Assembly: GCA_038523235.1 (NCBI GenBank) | Contig: JBCBJQ010000052.1 | Location: 1 to 40,248, forward strand | DNA length: 40,248 nucleotides | Origin: Cyanobacteria bacterium J06626_4 | GTDB taxonomy: Bacteria; Cyanobacteriota; Cyanobacteriia; Phormidesmidales; Phormidesmidaceae | Direction of reading: 5' to 3' | In this document: positions 21,040 through 30,960 of the stretch, piece after piece | Numbering within the stretch: the stretch's first letter is position 1 | Layout: the number at the start of each line of letters is the position of its first letter | Position numbers and translations under genes: made by a program | Notes under the pieces: generated by a model | What the model was told of the DNA's origin: nothing | Databases searched by the model: none | Seen by the model: the letters and a program-made list of their open reading frames with translations, nothing else

Positions 21040-21239
21040 ACAGGTTTTCCCTAATCCACCATAGCGAATCGAGAGCAAGACCTGAGCTGCCCTAGAGGGT
21101 AGTGAGACATCGAGAAAAACCCACATCGTCACCAACCGCTGGGCCAGCAATGACTCATGCTGACCTTTAGCAATTTCTCCCCTTAAGGGAGACTTATTTT
21201 GATGAGTTTGGTAATCGCCAGACTACACCCTGCTACAGA

Positions 21240-22928
21240 TTAGCCACCTTTGCTAATTTGCCACATTAAAAATTGTTGGGTGGGTTGAATGGCCACACCG
21301 TCAATTCCAGCTTGGGAAAAAACATAGTCTTTGTTTTGCCACAGGGGAATGTAAGGCACATCCTCTTTGACTAAGGTTTGCAGGTCTTTGATGATTTGAT
21401 CGCGCACCGCCGGATCTTGCTCAGCTTGCTGCGCTGCTACTAGCTCATTCGCGCGATCGCTGTAGTAAAAAGAGCCGTTGCCCTGGCTAGCACCGACTTC
21501 ACACAGGGTCTCTTCGGAGCCGGTTTCGCAGCTGAGAAAGGGCTGCACAAAGGTATCGACATCGTAATAGTCGGGATACCAGTTCGCCAGCACTGAGGGA
21601 TAAACCCCTTTGTCCACATTGCCCCAGAGGGTGGCGCTTTCCGCCGTTTGCACGGTGACGGTAATTAGTCCCGGCAGACCCGTTTCAAAGGACTCCTTGA
21701 GGGTATTGGCGACCACGCTACGAGTGGTTGAAGCTGAGGGATACCAGATTTCAAAGTTGAACGGGTTCTCTTCCGAAAAACCGGCTTCTCGCAGCAGGGC
21801 TTCCGCTTGCTCAAAGTCGCCGTCGCCATAGGCTTCCTGCAACACTGGCTCATACACCTCAAAACTGGTGGGAATCAAGCTGTAGAGCGGCTCGGCCTGG
21901 CCTTGAAACACCCGCTCGTTGACCAGATTGCGGTCAATCATGGCCGCGATCGCCTGGCGTACCCGCACATCATTCAACGGTTCAATCTTCTGATTTAGGC
22001 TCATATAGTTGACCACTGTGGTGCCCGCTTCGACCACTTGCCAGTTGCCAGTGTCAGCATCGCGCTCTAGAGCCGAAATTTGCTCGGGGTCAAGGGTCTG
22101 GTAGGCCACATCAACGCCGCCGGTCGTAAAGGTGTTGTAAAGGTTAACCGCACTGCTGAAAATCTGAATGTCGATACCGCCATTAGCCGGCTTTTCGCCC
22201 CAGTAGTCTTCGTTGACGTCGAGCTTGACGGAATCGCTGTTAAACGCCGCCAGCTTGTAGGGACCAGTCCCAATAAAACTGTCGGGCACAAAGCTGCCCT
22301 CGGCAATTTCATAGGCATCAGGCGGCACGGGGGTGACGCCCCAAAAGGTCATCAGGGCCGTAAACGCTGCAAAGGGCGAATTGAGCGTGACGGTCATTTC
22401 ATAGTCGCCGGTGGCTTCGACCGACGCGATGCGATCGGCCAGCAAGAACGCGGGTCGCCCAGCATTTTGCATAAACCGGTCTAATGAGAACACCATCGCG
22501 GCGGCATCAAAGGGCGTGCCATCGTGAAAAACCACGTCGTCCCGGAGGGGAATGGTGTAGGTTAGGCCATCGTCACTGACAGTGGGCAGCTCAGTCGCCA
22601 ACTGCGGAATTAAATCGGTGGTGCCGGGTTCGTAGGCATAGAGCTGATCACCGAGGTTATGCAGCAAAATGCCCGGAAAAATCTCGTAGGCGTCAGCGGG
22701 GTCGAGAGTGCGCGCGGTTAGGGTGGTGCCAATCGCGATGCGATCGCTGGCCGTTTCACCGGCGGCATCAGCTGGCGCGTCGGCTTCCGGCGTCGGGTTA
22801 CTCGTGCAGGCCACAATGAAGGCAAAGCTCAGACTCAGTAACGCACTAAACCGCCAGAGCGATCGCCAGCGCCGTAGCGCCAAGACCCGACGAACCTGCA
22901 GCAAACCAGACAAAGCAGACGAAACCAT
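21240..22928 (-). CDS. Peptide/nickel-type ABC substrate-binding lipoprotein (family 5, OppA/DppA-like)
   Basis: Lipobox FIVAC, TLDPAD, LRDDVVFHDGTPF, IGTGPYKL and VRVRQAIA. No permease or ATPase genes adjacent. Confidence 0.92.
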   Translation of the reverse strand: MVSSALSGLLQVRRVLALRRWRSLWRFSALLSLSFAFIVACTSNPTPEADAPADAAGETASDRIAIGTTLTARTLDPADAYEIFPGILLHNLGDQLYAYEPGTTDLIPQLATELPTVSDDGLTYTIPLRDDVVFHDGTPFDAAAMVFSLDRFMQNAGRPAFLLADRIASVEATGDYEMTVTLNSPFAAFTALMTFWGVTPVPPDAYEIAEGSFVPDSFIGTGPYKLAAFNSDSVKLDVNEDYWGEKPANGGIDIQIFSSAVNLYNTFTTGGVDVAYQTLDPEQISALERDADTGNWQVVEAGTTVVNYMSLNQKIEPLNDVRVRQAIAAMIDRNLVNERVFQGQAEPLYSLIPTSFEVYEPVLQEAYGDGDFEQAEALLREAGFSEENPFNFEIWYPSASTTRSVVANTLKESFETGLPGLITVTVQTAESATLWGNVDKGVYPSVLANWYPDYYDVDTFVQPFLSCETGSEETLCEVGASQGNGSFYYSDRANELVAAQQAEQDPAVRDQIIKDLQTLVKEDVPYIPLWQNKDYVFSQAGIDGVAIQPTQQFLMWQISKGG

Positions 22929-23001
22929 AGGTCAAACCCAGCGTTAGAAAACCTAAATGTGGTCTATTAACCCGTGTCTTGGGGTCGGTGTCAATCAGAC
23001 C

Positions 23002-23487
23002 TTATACAGCAGACGGCTCTGATGATGTGCTGCTCTCCCCAGCTTGAAAGAAGCGCTGAACAATTGCAGCGGTAAAAAAGTGGGTGAGCAGGCCTAAAGG
23101 CCCAGCAAACAGGCATAACGCTAAAGAATGGCGGGTAAAGATGCCATTGTCTTGACCTTGCCAATAGATCCACCTGCCGACAAACAGATCCATCACTAAA
23201 AAGTGCGTCCACCCGGTCGCCATCACGTGGGAGTTGGCAAACATGCCCGCCAAGGTATCAAGCTTGAGCTGCGGATCAGAAAACGCCTCAACAATGCTGC
23301 TATCCACCGTCACAAAGAGATAAACATACAAACAAGCAAGCGCAGCAAAGGGAATGTAAGACCGCATCAACCGCTGCGTCACTGACCAATTGGGCAGCAG
23401 CACCATCAGCGCCCAAAAGGGCAGCACGACTAAATTAGAAACTTGAAAAATATTTTGCAGATCGATCGCAGTGGGGACAAAAGACAT
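23002..23487 (-). CDS. ABA4-like (DUF4281) membrane protein
   Basis: VLPFWALMVLLP-W, GWTHFLVMDLFVGRWIY and LFAGPLGLL. Confidence 0.88.
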   Translation of the reverse strand: MSFVPTAIDLQNIFQVSNLVVLPFWALMVLLPNWSVTQRLMRSYIPFAALACLYVYLFVTVDSSIVEAFSDPQLKLDTLAGMFANSHVMATGWTHFLVMDLFVGRWIYWQGQDNGIFTRHSLALCLFAGPLGLLTHFFTAAIVQRFFQAGESSTSSEPSAV

Positions 23488-23550
23488 GGGCGCTCTGGCT
23501 GGGAGGACGCTTTCACTATAAACAGTGGAGACAGGGGAAGGAAACCGGGC

Positions 23551-23760
23551 TTAGCGCGATCGCAGCGTCAACCAACCGCCCCCGAGAGAAACCGCCTCAA
23601 CTGCAACCTGCAGCTCCGCCGGAGAATGAAAAAAGCCGAACAGCATCGCAATCGCGCCAGTGGAAACCAGCGCAATTCGTATGACTTCTTCCGCTAGGCG
23701 AAAAGCCAGCCAAATCGCGCACAGACCCCCACCAAACAGAAACAAATAGGCCAGCGTCAT
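23551..23760 (-). CDS. Small hypothetical membrane protein (69 aa)
   Basis: Two to three hydrophobic helices. AAGGAG Shine-Dalgarno about 7 nt upstream of the ATG. Confidence 0.7.
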   Translation of the reverse strand: MTLAYLFLFGGGLCAIWLAFRLAEEVIRIALVSTGAIAMLFGFFHSPAELQVAVEAVSLGGGWLTLRSR

Positions 23761-23985
23761 CGCTCAACTCCTTCTCGCCGTAGCAAGAACTAGGATCATC
23801 CTATTAATAAGCGCAAGCCTATCACAAACCTCAATCAGATAGATAATAATCTATGGGCATTTGAGTCGCTTCCCGTCGAGTTAGGCAGCTTGAGCACTGC
23901 AGGTAGTGCTCTCCTAGCACAGCACCGTTCTCAAGCAGGGGGGCATACCCAGCCTCAGCAAGCAGGACGCGATGAGGCAACCGCT

Positions 23986-24924
23986 TTATTCTTCGCGCTG
24001 ATAGCCCAACTCTGCTAACCGCGTGCGCGATTGTCGCCATTTGGGCTGCACCTTTACAAACATCTCTAAATAAACCTTGCCCGTGATCAGCTTTTGCATT
24101 TGTTCGCGTGCGCCAGTGCCGATCGTTTTCATCATGCTGCCTTTTTTGCCGATGAGAATGCCCTTTTGCGAATCGCGTTCCACATGCACTGTGGCCAGAA
24201 TGCGGGTGATGTTTTCGTCTTCTTCTACCGCTTCGATCGCAATGGCGACGGAATGCGGCACCTCTTCGCGGGTGTGATACAGCACCTGCTCGCGAATCAG
24301 CTCACCCATGATGAACCGCTCGGGCTGATCGGTAATTAAATCAGGGGGATAGTAATAAGGCCCCGGCTCCAGCCCTAGAACGAGGCGGTTCTGCAGCTCG
24401 GGCAGGCGATCGCCCGTCGCCGCCGAAAATTCCAGCAGCGGCCATTGATGGGCATCAGCGAGCGCTTGATAGCTAGCCGTGATGGCAGCGGCCTCGTCGG
24501 ACGATCGCAAATCAGTCTTGTTCATCCCCAAGTAGACCGGGGTGGATTGCTGCGCCAGCAAGGTCGCCACAAACTGATCACCGCGTCCGGCAGGCACTGA
24601 GCCATCCACCACAAAGAGCACCAGATCCACCGAGGTGATCGCCACGCGAGCGTTATGCACCAGCACTTTGCCCAGTTCATGATGGGGCTTGTGGATGCCC
24701 GGCGTATCGACAAAGATGATTTGTGCAGCCTCCGTGGTGAGGATGCCGCGCAGGCGGTTGCGTGTGGTTTGGGCCACCGGAGAGGTGATCGCGACCTTTT
24801 GACCGATCAGATAGTTCATCAGGGTCGATTTGCCCACGTTGGGGCGACCGACAATACCCACAAATCCTGAACGGAAATCGGGGGGTGAGGCGGGAATCAT
24901 CGACAGACTGAGGGAATCAACCAT
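23986..24924 (-). CDS. era: GTPase Era
   Basis: GRPNVGKST, QTTR, DTPG, NKTD and a KH domain (EEVPHS...GILIGKKG). Start 24924 or 24900. Confidence 0.97.
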   Translation of the reverse strand: MVDSLSLSMIPASPPDFRSGFVGIVGRPNVGKSTLMNYLIGQKVAITSPVAQTTRNRLRGILTTEAAQIIFVDTPGIHKPHHELGKVLVHNARVAITSVDLVLFVVDGSVPAGRGDQFVATLLAQQSTPVYLGMNKTDLRSSDEAAAITASYQALADAHQWPLLEFSAATGDRLPELQNRLVLGLEPGPYYYPPDLITDQPERFIMGELIREQVLYHTREEVPHSVAIAIEAVEEDENITRILATVHVERDSQKGILIGKKGSMMKTIGTGAREQMQKLITGKVYLEMFVKVQPKWRQSRTRLAELGYQREE

Positions 24925-24928
24925 AGTG

Positions 24929-25363
24929 TTAACTGCCGACCACATGAACAACGACTTCGCGGGTGTGGCTGCGGGTGCGATGCTCCCACAAATAAATGCC
25001 CTGCCAGGTGCCCAAGGCGAGGCGTCCCTTAACGATGGGAATCGTCTCTGACGTGCTGGTCAACACGGTGCGAATGTGGGCCGGCATGTCATCGGGGCCT
25101 TCGGCATGGTGGATATAGTGATGCCCCTCGGGCACGAGCTGCGCTAAAAACGCTTCCAAATCGACTAACACATCAGGGTCAGCATTTTCCTGAATGGTCA
25201 GACTGGCCGATGTATGGCGAATAAACACGGTGCAGAGTCCTGTGGTCAGGCCCGACTCACGGACGGCCTGCTGCACTGGCTCAGTCAAGCGACGCAATGA
25301 TTTGCCCTGAGTCGAGACGTTGATCAATTTTTGATAGTGATGAGTGATAGCCGTAGCAGTCAT
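24929..25363 (-). CDS. yjbQ: YjbQ/UPF0047 family protein
   Basis: HTSASLTIQENADPDV, DDMPAHIR and LGTWQGIYLWEHR. ATG 25363 preferred. Confidence 0.9.
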   Translation of the reverse strand: MTATAITHHYQKLINVSTQGKSLRRLTEPVQQAVRESGLTTGLCTVFIRHTSASLTIQENADPDVLVDLEAFLAQLVPEGHHYIHHAEGPDDMPAHIRTVLTSTSETIPIVKGRLALGTWQGIYLWEHRTRSHTREVVVHVVGS

Positions 25364-25598
25364 AGGGGAGCCACCATGGGACTTGCAATGAAAACGTTCA
25401 TGGTAACGGACGGTGAGGGGCAATCACCGACTTCAGCCACGGTCTCTTTAGGTTTGACCGGGCCTTTCATCCGGCATGATGGTTGAAAATACGGATGCGT
25501 CTCCCTGACGTCGGTGAGAATTTCTCGAGCCATTAAGGAATACTTGATCTTAACCATCAGCCAATTGCTATGACTCGTCTGAACTCAGGAAATTTTTC

Positions 25599-26639
25599 AT
25601 GAAAACCGCCCAGCCTATGGGCTTGTTGGCCCAGGGCGTCACCACTTGGAATGATTGGCGATCGCAGGCGGAAACGGGTGTCAACGCCTCACCCAGCCGC
25701 CGTATCAACCTGCGGGAAGCCCCCCTCAAGCGGGCCCAGCTGCGAGCGGTTAATCTTTCCCTCGTTGACTGCTGCATGGCTGATTTGCGCTACGCCGATT
25801 TGGGCCATGCCGACTTGCGCGAGGCGCTTTTTTATACCGCTAACCTGAGCTATGCCCATCTCGACTACGCCAACCTCACCGGGGCCGACTTGCGCGAGGC
25901 GTCTTTGCATGACAGCCACCTGCGAGGGGCACTCCTCAATGCCGCCGTGCTCACGACGGCTGACCTCACCCGCAGCGTGTTGCGTGAGGCTCAGCTCAAA
26001 CAAGCCGATTTGAGACAAGCCAGTCTGAGTCAAGCTGATGCCTGTATGGTGCAGCTCACTGAGGCGAATTTGGCGGGGGCTGACCTCAGCGGGGCCATCC
26101 TTTATACCGCTGACTTGGGACGCTGCAACTTGGCCAGCGCCACGCTCAACCAAGCCGACTTGCGGGAAGCCAATTTTGCCATGACGACCTTGCAAGATGC
26201 CGTTATGCATGGTGTTGACCTCACAGCGGCGGTTTGTAGCGCGGCCAATATGATCGGGGCGGCGCTCCACGGGGCCAATCTCTCGATCGCCAACCTGAGC
26301 TTGACCAATCTCTGCATGGCAAACCTCAGTCGGGCCTGCCTAGAAGGCACGACGCTGATCGGCGCGAATTTGATTGGCGCTAACTTGCACCAGGCCCGCC
26401 TGGGGAATGCCAACTTTGAAAACGCCGATTTGCGAGAAGCCATTTTGCGGGGCGCTGACCTGCGAGACGCCAACCTGCGATTTGCCGACTTAAAGATGGC
26501 TAACCTGTCAGAAACCAACTTAAAGGGAGCCAACTTGACAGGGGCCGATTTATCTCAAGCCAGCGTCTGGAACGCCAACATTGAAGAAGCCTGTTTAATC
26601 GATGCGGTCATGCCCGACGGCACGCTGTTTTCGCCCTAG
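25599..26639 (+). CDS. Pentapeptide repeat protein
   Basis: Continuous A(D/N)Lxx repeats, an N-terminal WNDWR motif and a C-terminal MPDG motif. Confidence 0.95.
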   Translation: MKTAQPMGLLAQGVTTWNDWRSQAETGVNASPSRRINLREAPLKRAQLRAVNLSLVDCCMADLRYADLGHADLREALFYTANLSYAHLDYANLTGADLREASLHDSHLRGALLNAAVLTTADLTRSVLREAQLKQADLRQASLSQADACMVQLTEANLAGADLSGAILYTADLGRCNLASATLNQADLREANFAMTTLQDAVMHGVDLTAAVCSAANMIGAALHGANLSIANLSLTNLCMANLSRACLEGTTLIGANLIGANLHQARLGNANFENADLREAILRGADLRDANLRFADLKMANLSETNLKGANLTGADLSQASVWNANIEEACLIDAVMPDGTLFSP

Positions 26640-26650
26640 GTCTGGCCCGA

Positions 26651-27586
26651 CTAACGCACCGCTAACTCAGGAATGTAGTTGCCGGGGTCACGGGCCACCC
26701 AACCCAGAGAGGTATTTGTCCGAACTTCAAAGTAGAGGCGGCTGGTGTCTGCGGTGTGGGGCGCAGCGGTGGCGATCGCCTGCCCTGCTGACACGCGATC
26801 GCCCAACTCAATCACTGGCGTGGTGACGCCTACATAGCGAGTTTGCAAACCTTGGTCGTGGTTGATCACGATGAGAATGCCGGGTGAGCCCGCATCGCCG
26901 ACATAGGCAACGGTGCCATTCCCCGCTGATTGCACCGCAATATCTGGACTGGCTTCCAGACTAATGCCGCTGCTAAAGACCAACTCATTACCGTTGGCAT
27001 CGGTTTGCCAGCCATAGTTCCCCACGATGACTCCCATCTCCCCCAAGGGATAGGCCGATAACGGGTCGGTATCAGTCGCGGCTGGCTCAGTGGCGGCTGG
27101 GGCCGCATTATCGAGCAGCCAGCTGACGCCCGGCACAAAGATCCGCCCCGGCACGGCCTCTGGGCAGCCGTTGACCTCAAACAGCACATCGGCTCGGGAC
27201 TGATAGGCGGCAGCTAAGTCTTGCCAGGTTTGACCGGTGGTGACCGTGATTTCGGCCCCATTGAAGGGGGGAATTCGTAACGAGCTGCCCGGTGTCAGGG
27301 CGTTGACCGCTGCCGGATTCATTGCCAACAAGGTGATGGGTAACAGGTCGTAGGTTGCCGCGATACTATCGATGGTTTCTCCCGACTGCACCGCATGGGT
27401 GGTCAGCCGCGACAGCACCGGCGCGGGGCAGAGATCAGAGGCTTGAGCGATCGCGCGGGGCAGCGTCATGCTCAGCGCCATCATCGTCGTGCTCAAGCAT
27501 CCTGAGATCACCGAGGCGATCGCGCGGCGAATTGATGGCTCCCAGGGGAACTCTCGCGACCGATTTTGTGTCGATTTAACCACCAT
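26651..27586 (-). CDS. LysM plus M23-peptidase-like domain protein
   Basis: LysM HAVQSGETIDSIAATYDL and a second degenerate LysM. The M23-like C-terminus (INHDQGLQTRY, LYFEVR) lacks the HxxxD and HxH zinc ligands. Confidence 0.85.
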   Translation of the reverse strand: MVVKSTQNRSREFPWEPSIRRAIASVISGCLSTTMMALSMTLPRAIAQASDLCPAPVLSRLTTHAVQSGETIDSIAATYDLLPITLLAMNPAAVNALTPGSSLRIPPFNGAEITVTTGQTWQDLAAAYQSRADVLFEVNGCPEAVPGRIFVPGVSWLLDNAAPAATEPAATDTDPLSAYPLGEMGVIVGNYGWQTDANGNELVFSSGISLEASPDIAVQSAGNGTVAYVGDAGSPGILIVINHDQGLQTRYVGVTTPVIELGDRVSAGQAIATAAPHTADTSRLYFEVRTNTSLGWVARDPGNYIPELAVR

Positions 27587-27737
27587 TAATGCTTACTATC
27601 CCTGTACTGACTAACTCTGATTGAGAGATTCGTCCGACCCCGGCGAATTAAGTCGCTAAAGCCCGCGCCCCCATTTGTGAACCAGATTACTCATAGGCCT
27701 CATTTTCGCTAAAGTAGAGGCATTCTGAACGCACCCG

Positions 27738-28976
27738 ATGTCTAGGAGATTTGCGATGGCCATTGCTTTCAAGCAAATTGGGCTGACTGTAGCCACGCTC
27801 ATTGTAGGCTGTGGCACTGGCTGGGCTGGCCATCAGGTGTGGACGGCACAGAAATTCCAACCGGAAGACACCGTTGCGACCGCGCCCGTGGTACAACCCG
27901 CGCTCAACCGTCCTCAGGCTAATGAGTCTCCGGCGATCGCTTTAGTTCCCCCGACCCAAGCCAATCCTAATTTTATTGCCGATGCCGTCAATCAAGTCGG
28001 CGCTGCTGTCGTGCGCATTGACGCTGAGAACAGCAATGTCGAGATGCCTGAAGCCTTTGAAAATCCCTTCTTCCGTCGCTTTTTTGGTGATGAAGTGCCG
28101 GTGCCGCCCGAGTCCTTTCCACAGGGTACGGGCTCTGGTTTTATTATCTCAACCGATGGTCGCATCATCACCAATGCCCATGTGGTCGAAGGGGCAACAA
28201 AGGTCACGGTGACGCTGACCGATGGTCGCTCGTTTGAGGGCACCGTGGTCGGCACCGACAAGGTCACCGACGTAGCGGCAGTCAAGATTGAAGCGGAGTC
28301 AATGCCCGCCGTGTCGTTTGGCCGCACCGAAGATTTATCACCGGGGCAGTGGGCGATCGCGATCGGGAATCCGCTCGGGCTCGATAATACAGTGACGGCT
28401 GGGATTATTAGCGCGCTGGGCCGCAGTAGTTCCGAGGTGGGTATTCCTGACAAGCGGGTGCAGTTTATCCAAACCGATGCGGCCATTAATCCCGGCAACT
28501 CTGGCGGGCCGCTGCTGAATGATCGCGGCGAAGTGATTGGCATGAACACCGCCATTCGCAAAGACGCCCAAGGCTTGGGGTTTGCGATTCCCGTCGAAAC
28601 CTTTACCCGCATTGCGAACCAACTGTTTGAAACCGGCGAAGTAGAGCATCCCTATCTCGGGGTACAAATGGTGCTGTTGACCCCCGAAATGCGCGATCGC
28701 ATCAACGCTGAAGAAGAACTGGGCGTACAAGTCACCGCTGATGTCGGCGTGCTCATTGTGCGCGTGATGGAAGACACCCCCGCGGCAAAAGGCGGGCTCA
28801 AAGCTGGCGATATTATTACGCAGGTGAACAACAACTTGGTCGAAACCCCAGCAGACGTGCAGGCCCAAGTCGATGCCAGCGAAATTGGGGAACCCCTAGA
28901 CGTTGAAGTGACCCGTGGGGAAGCGACTCAAACGATTACGCTGCGGCCGACCACCCTGCCTGCTCAGCTGCAGTAG
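27738..28976 (+). CDS. HtrA/HhoA/HhoB-family serine protease with one PDZ domain
   Basis: TNAHVV, TDVAAV and QTDAAINPGNSGGPL catalytic triad; PDZ (YLGV...GLKAGDII). Start may be ATG 27756. Confidence 0.95.
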   Translation: MSRRFAMAIAFKQIGLTVATLIVGCGTGWAGHQVWTAQKFQPEDTVATAPVVQPALNRPQANESPAIALVPPTQANPNFIADAVNQVGAAVVRIDAENSNVEMPEAFENPFFRRFFGDEVPVPPESFPQGTGSGFIISTDGRIITNAHVVEGATKVTVTLTDGRSFEGTVVGTDKVTDVAAVKIEAESMPAVSFGRTEDLSPGQWAIAIGNPLGLDNTVTAGIISALGRSSSEVGIPDKRVQFIQTDAAINPGNSGGPLLNDRGEVIGMNTAIRKDAQGLGFAIPVETFTRIANQLFETGEVEHPYLGVQMVLLTPEMRDRINAEEELGVQVTADVGVLIVRVMEDTPAAKGGLKAGDIITQVNNNLVETPADVQAQVDASEIGEPLDVEVTRGEATQTITLRPTTLPAQLQ

Positions 28977-28990
28977 ACGGTGGCAGTCTG

Positions 28991-29503
28991 ATGACCGACA
29001 CAATCATTCGTCCAGCCTCAAGCGCTGACCTGCCAGAGATTCTGAGCATCTACAATGATGCCATTTTGCACACTACTGCCGTCTACGACTATGAGCCTCA
29101 TAGCTTAGCCATGCGCCAGACCTGGTTTGCCGCCAAGCAAGCGGCCGGGTTTCCGGTTTTGGTTGCTGATAGCACGGGGCACGTGACGGGATTTGCCGCC
29201 TTGGGAGCCTTTCGCGCCTGGGAAGCCTATCGCTACACGGCAGAAACCTCAGTTTATGTCGCGCCTCAGAGCCGGCACCAAGGGCTAGGCAAGCAGCTGT
29301 TAGCTCACCTGATCGAAGCAGCTGAAGCGCAAGAATTTCATGCGCTGGTAGCGGGCATTGATGCCGACAACACCGTCAGCCTAGATTTGCATGCAAAATT
29401 TGGCTTTCAAGAAGTCGCCCACTTTCATCAGGTCGGCTACAAATTCGATCGCTGGTTAGATCTGAAGTTCATGGAGCTCCTCCTGCCCCTGGCGCCGTCT
29501 TAA
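28991..29503 (+). CDS. GNAT N-acetyltransferase, phosphinothricin/methionine-sulfoximine acetyltransferase type
   Basis: IYNDAI, AYRYTAETSVYV, QGLGKQLL, SLDLHAKFGF and VGYKFDRWLD. Confidence 0.9.
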   Translation: MTDTIIRPASSADLPEILSIYNDAILHTTAVYDYEPHSLAMRQTWFAAKQAAGFPVLVADSTGHVTGFAALGAFRAWEAYRYTAETSVYVAPQSRHQGLGKQLLAHLIEAAEAQEFHALVAGIDADNTVSLDLHAKFGFQEVAHFHQVGYKFDRWLDLKFMELLLPLAPS

Positions 29504-29559
29504 CGCTTCTACGAAAAAGACCTCTAGCCAACCTAGAAATGGCGTTAAAGACCTGCCAG

Positions 29560-29582
29560 AAAAGCCTAGAGACATAGGTTTT
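29560..29582. terminator. Weak hairpin between the convergent GNAT and ComFB genes
   Basis: AAAGCCTA-GAGACA-TAGGTTTT (one G-T pair). Confidence 0.35.
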
Positions 29583-29602
29583 AAGATGACTGTCAACAGC
29601 CG

Positions 29603-30208
29603 CTAGAGCGCATTATCGCGAAACCCTTCGTCAGACGACGACGGTGACTCGCGCGGCCGCCAACTGACCCGGCTGCCGTAGGTACCCGGTCGCCAAGCAG
29701 TGGTGTGATGGGGGTCTTCACCACTAATGGGTTGGGGCTGGGGGGCAACAGGCCGCGCAGCGGCAGGTCGCGGTTTAACTGCCTCTGATTGCCGCCGGTC
29801 TTGAATTCGTTGAATTTCACGCAGGGCTGACTTCCAGTCTAGATTAGGTTCTTTGAGCAGCTCTCGCAGAGCCTGCAAAACCGCCTCTTCTTCTTGATTG
29901 AGCTGCAGCGGCTGCGACAGCCGAATCGGATCGACCTGTACAGCTGCAAAGGCTTGACGCACCGCACTGAGAATCTCGGCCCGCAGGTCATGCTGGGCAT
30001 GCTCGTACTGGTGCTGAAGCCCTTTTTCACTAGATGCATAGAGAGCAGGCAGACGATTAAGGGCAAAGGTTTCTACCTCTGTCCGCTTCACATATTTAGA
30101 AACTCGCTCTGGCAGGCCTGCCAGCTGCCGCCCTACTTCTTCGGCAACTAGCAGTTCCATGACGTTGATATAGAGCTTAGGATGAGCAGTCTTGGATACG
30201 CTACCCAT
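29603..30208 (-). CDS. ComFB (late competence development) family protein
   Basis: INVMELLVAEEV...VETFALNRLPALYASSEKG...AVQVDP; Pro/Ser-rich C-terminal tail. Confidence 0.85.
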   Translation of the reverse strand: MGSVSKTAHPKLYINVMELLVAEEVGRQLAGLPERVSKYVKRTEVETFALNRLPALYASSEKGLQHQYEHAQHDLRAEILSAVRQAFAAVQVDPIRLSQPLQLNQEEEAVLQALRELLKEPNLDWKSALREIQRIQDRRQSEAVKPRPAAARPVAPQPQPISGEDPHHTTAWRPGTYGSRVSWRPRESPSSSDEGFRDNAL

Positions 30209-30775
30209 AATTCAACCCTGTAACGATAGATAGATTTAAGCCTTGGCGAGCATCGGGTCACCGATAGTTGATTCGCCGATGGCTGACTTGTTCAAACGTG
30301 ACCACTTGAATGCACCTCTGCCACTAGCTAAAGACTGATACGGTCTTATCCCAAACTGGCTCGCCATGACTCTGGGATCGCGAACATTCATCAAATCTTT
30401 AGATAACCCAGTATAACAACAGTCTCTAGAATGCTTCTATTCGCCAGACCGAGATTTCAGAAAGTGGGCCTAAATTCTCCTCAAGCGTTACCCGATCGTC
30501 TCTCGTCGCTGCGGGGATAATGACGTTATTTCAAGGGCCACACCGAGATTGTCGCCGCTGCGGCTTTTCTCGCTTGACGTCTTGGCTGAAAGACATCGGT
30601 TTGGATTAAAACTCGTCTGGAATGACAGAATACGGCGATCTAACCCAATTCTTTTACGAGAGCTGGCAAGACGACAAAAAACGGTGAATCGCGCCCGATT
30701 TCGCGCTTTTGTGGAAATTATAGGATTTTTTTCTCGCCCTCATTTTTCCAATAATTAAGATGCGTAAAGCATTTA

Positions 30776-30960
30776 GAAGTAGCGGTATCGTGAGTCATCA
30801 AGTGACTGCGGCTGCTTGCCATTAAGATACCTTGTTGACCGGCGAGCCTGGCATCCGGCAAGCCTGGGCAGGCTCGGCGCCATCCAGAGACGAGGGCTCC
30901 CATGACCGGCTTTGCCGCTCCTGCACATGTCATCAACTGCCTGACAAGGCGGCATTGCCC
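30776..30960 (+). ncRNA. ssrS: 6S RNA (SsaA/SsrS)
   Basis: About 185 nt folding as a long imperfect rod. 5' GTAGCGGTATCGTGAGTCA pairs with 3' TGACAAGGCGGCATTGC, GCGGC with GCCGC, then a central bubble, then CCTTGTT/GACGAGG, GGCG/CGCC and GAGCCTG/CAGGCTC. Matches my recollection of cyanobacterial 6S RNA. TAAGAT -10-like at 30756 and a T-run after 30960. Confidence 0.85.

Noticed and set aside
25689..26533. Antisense ORFs of 193 and 143 aa
   Set aside because: Shadows of the repetitive pentapeptide gene.
27992..28868. Antisense ORFs of 206 and 176 aa
   Set aside because: Shadows of the well-supported HtrA gene.
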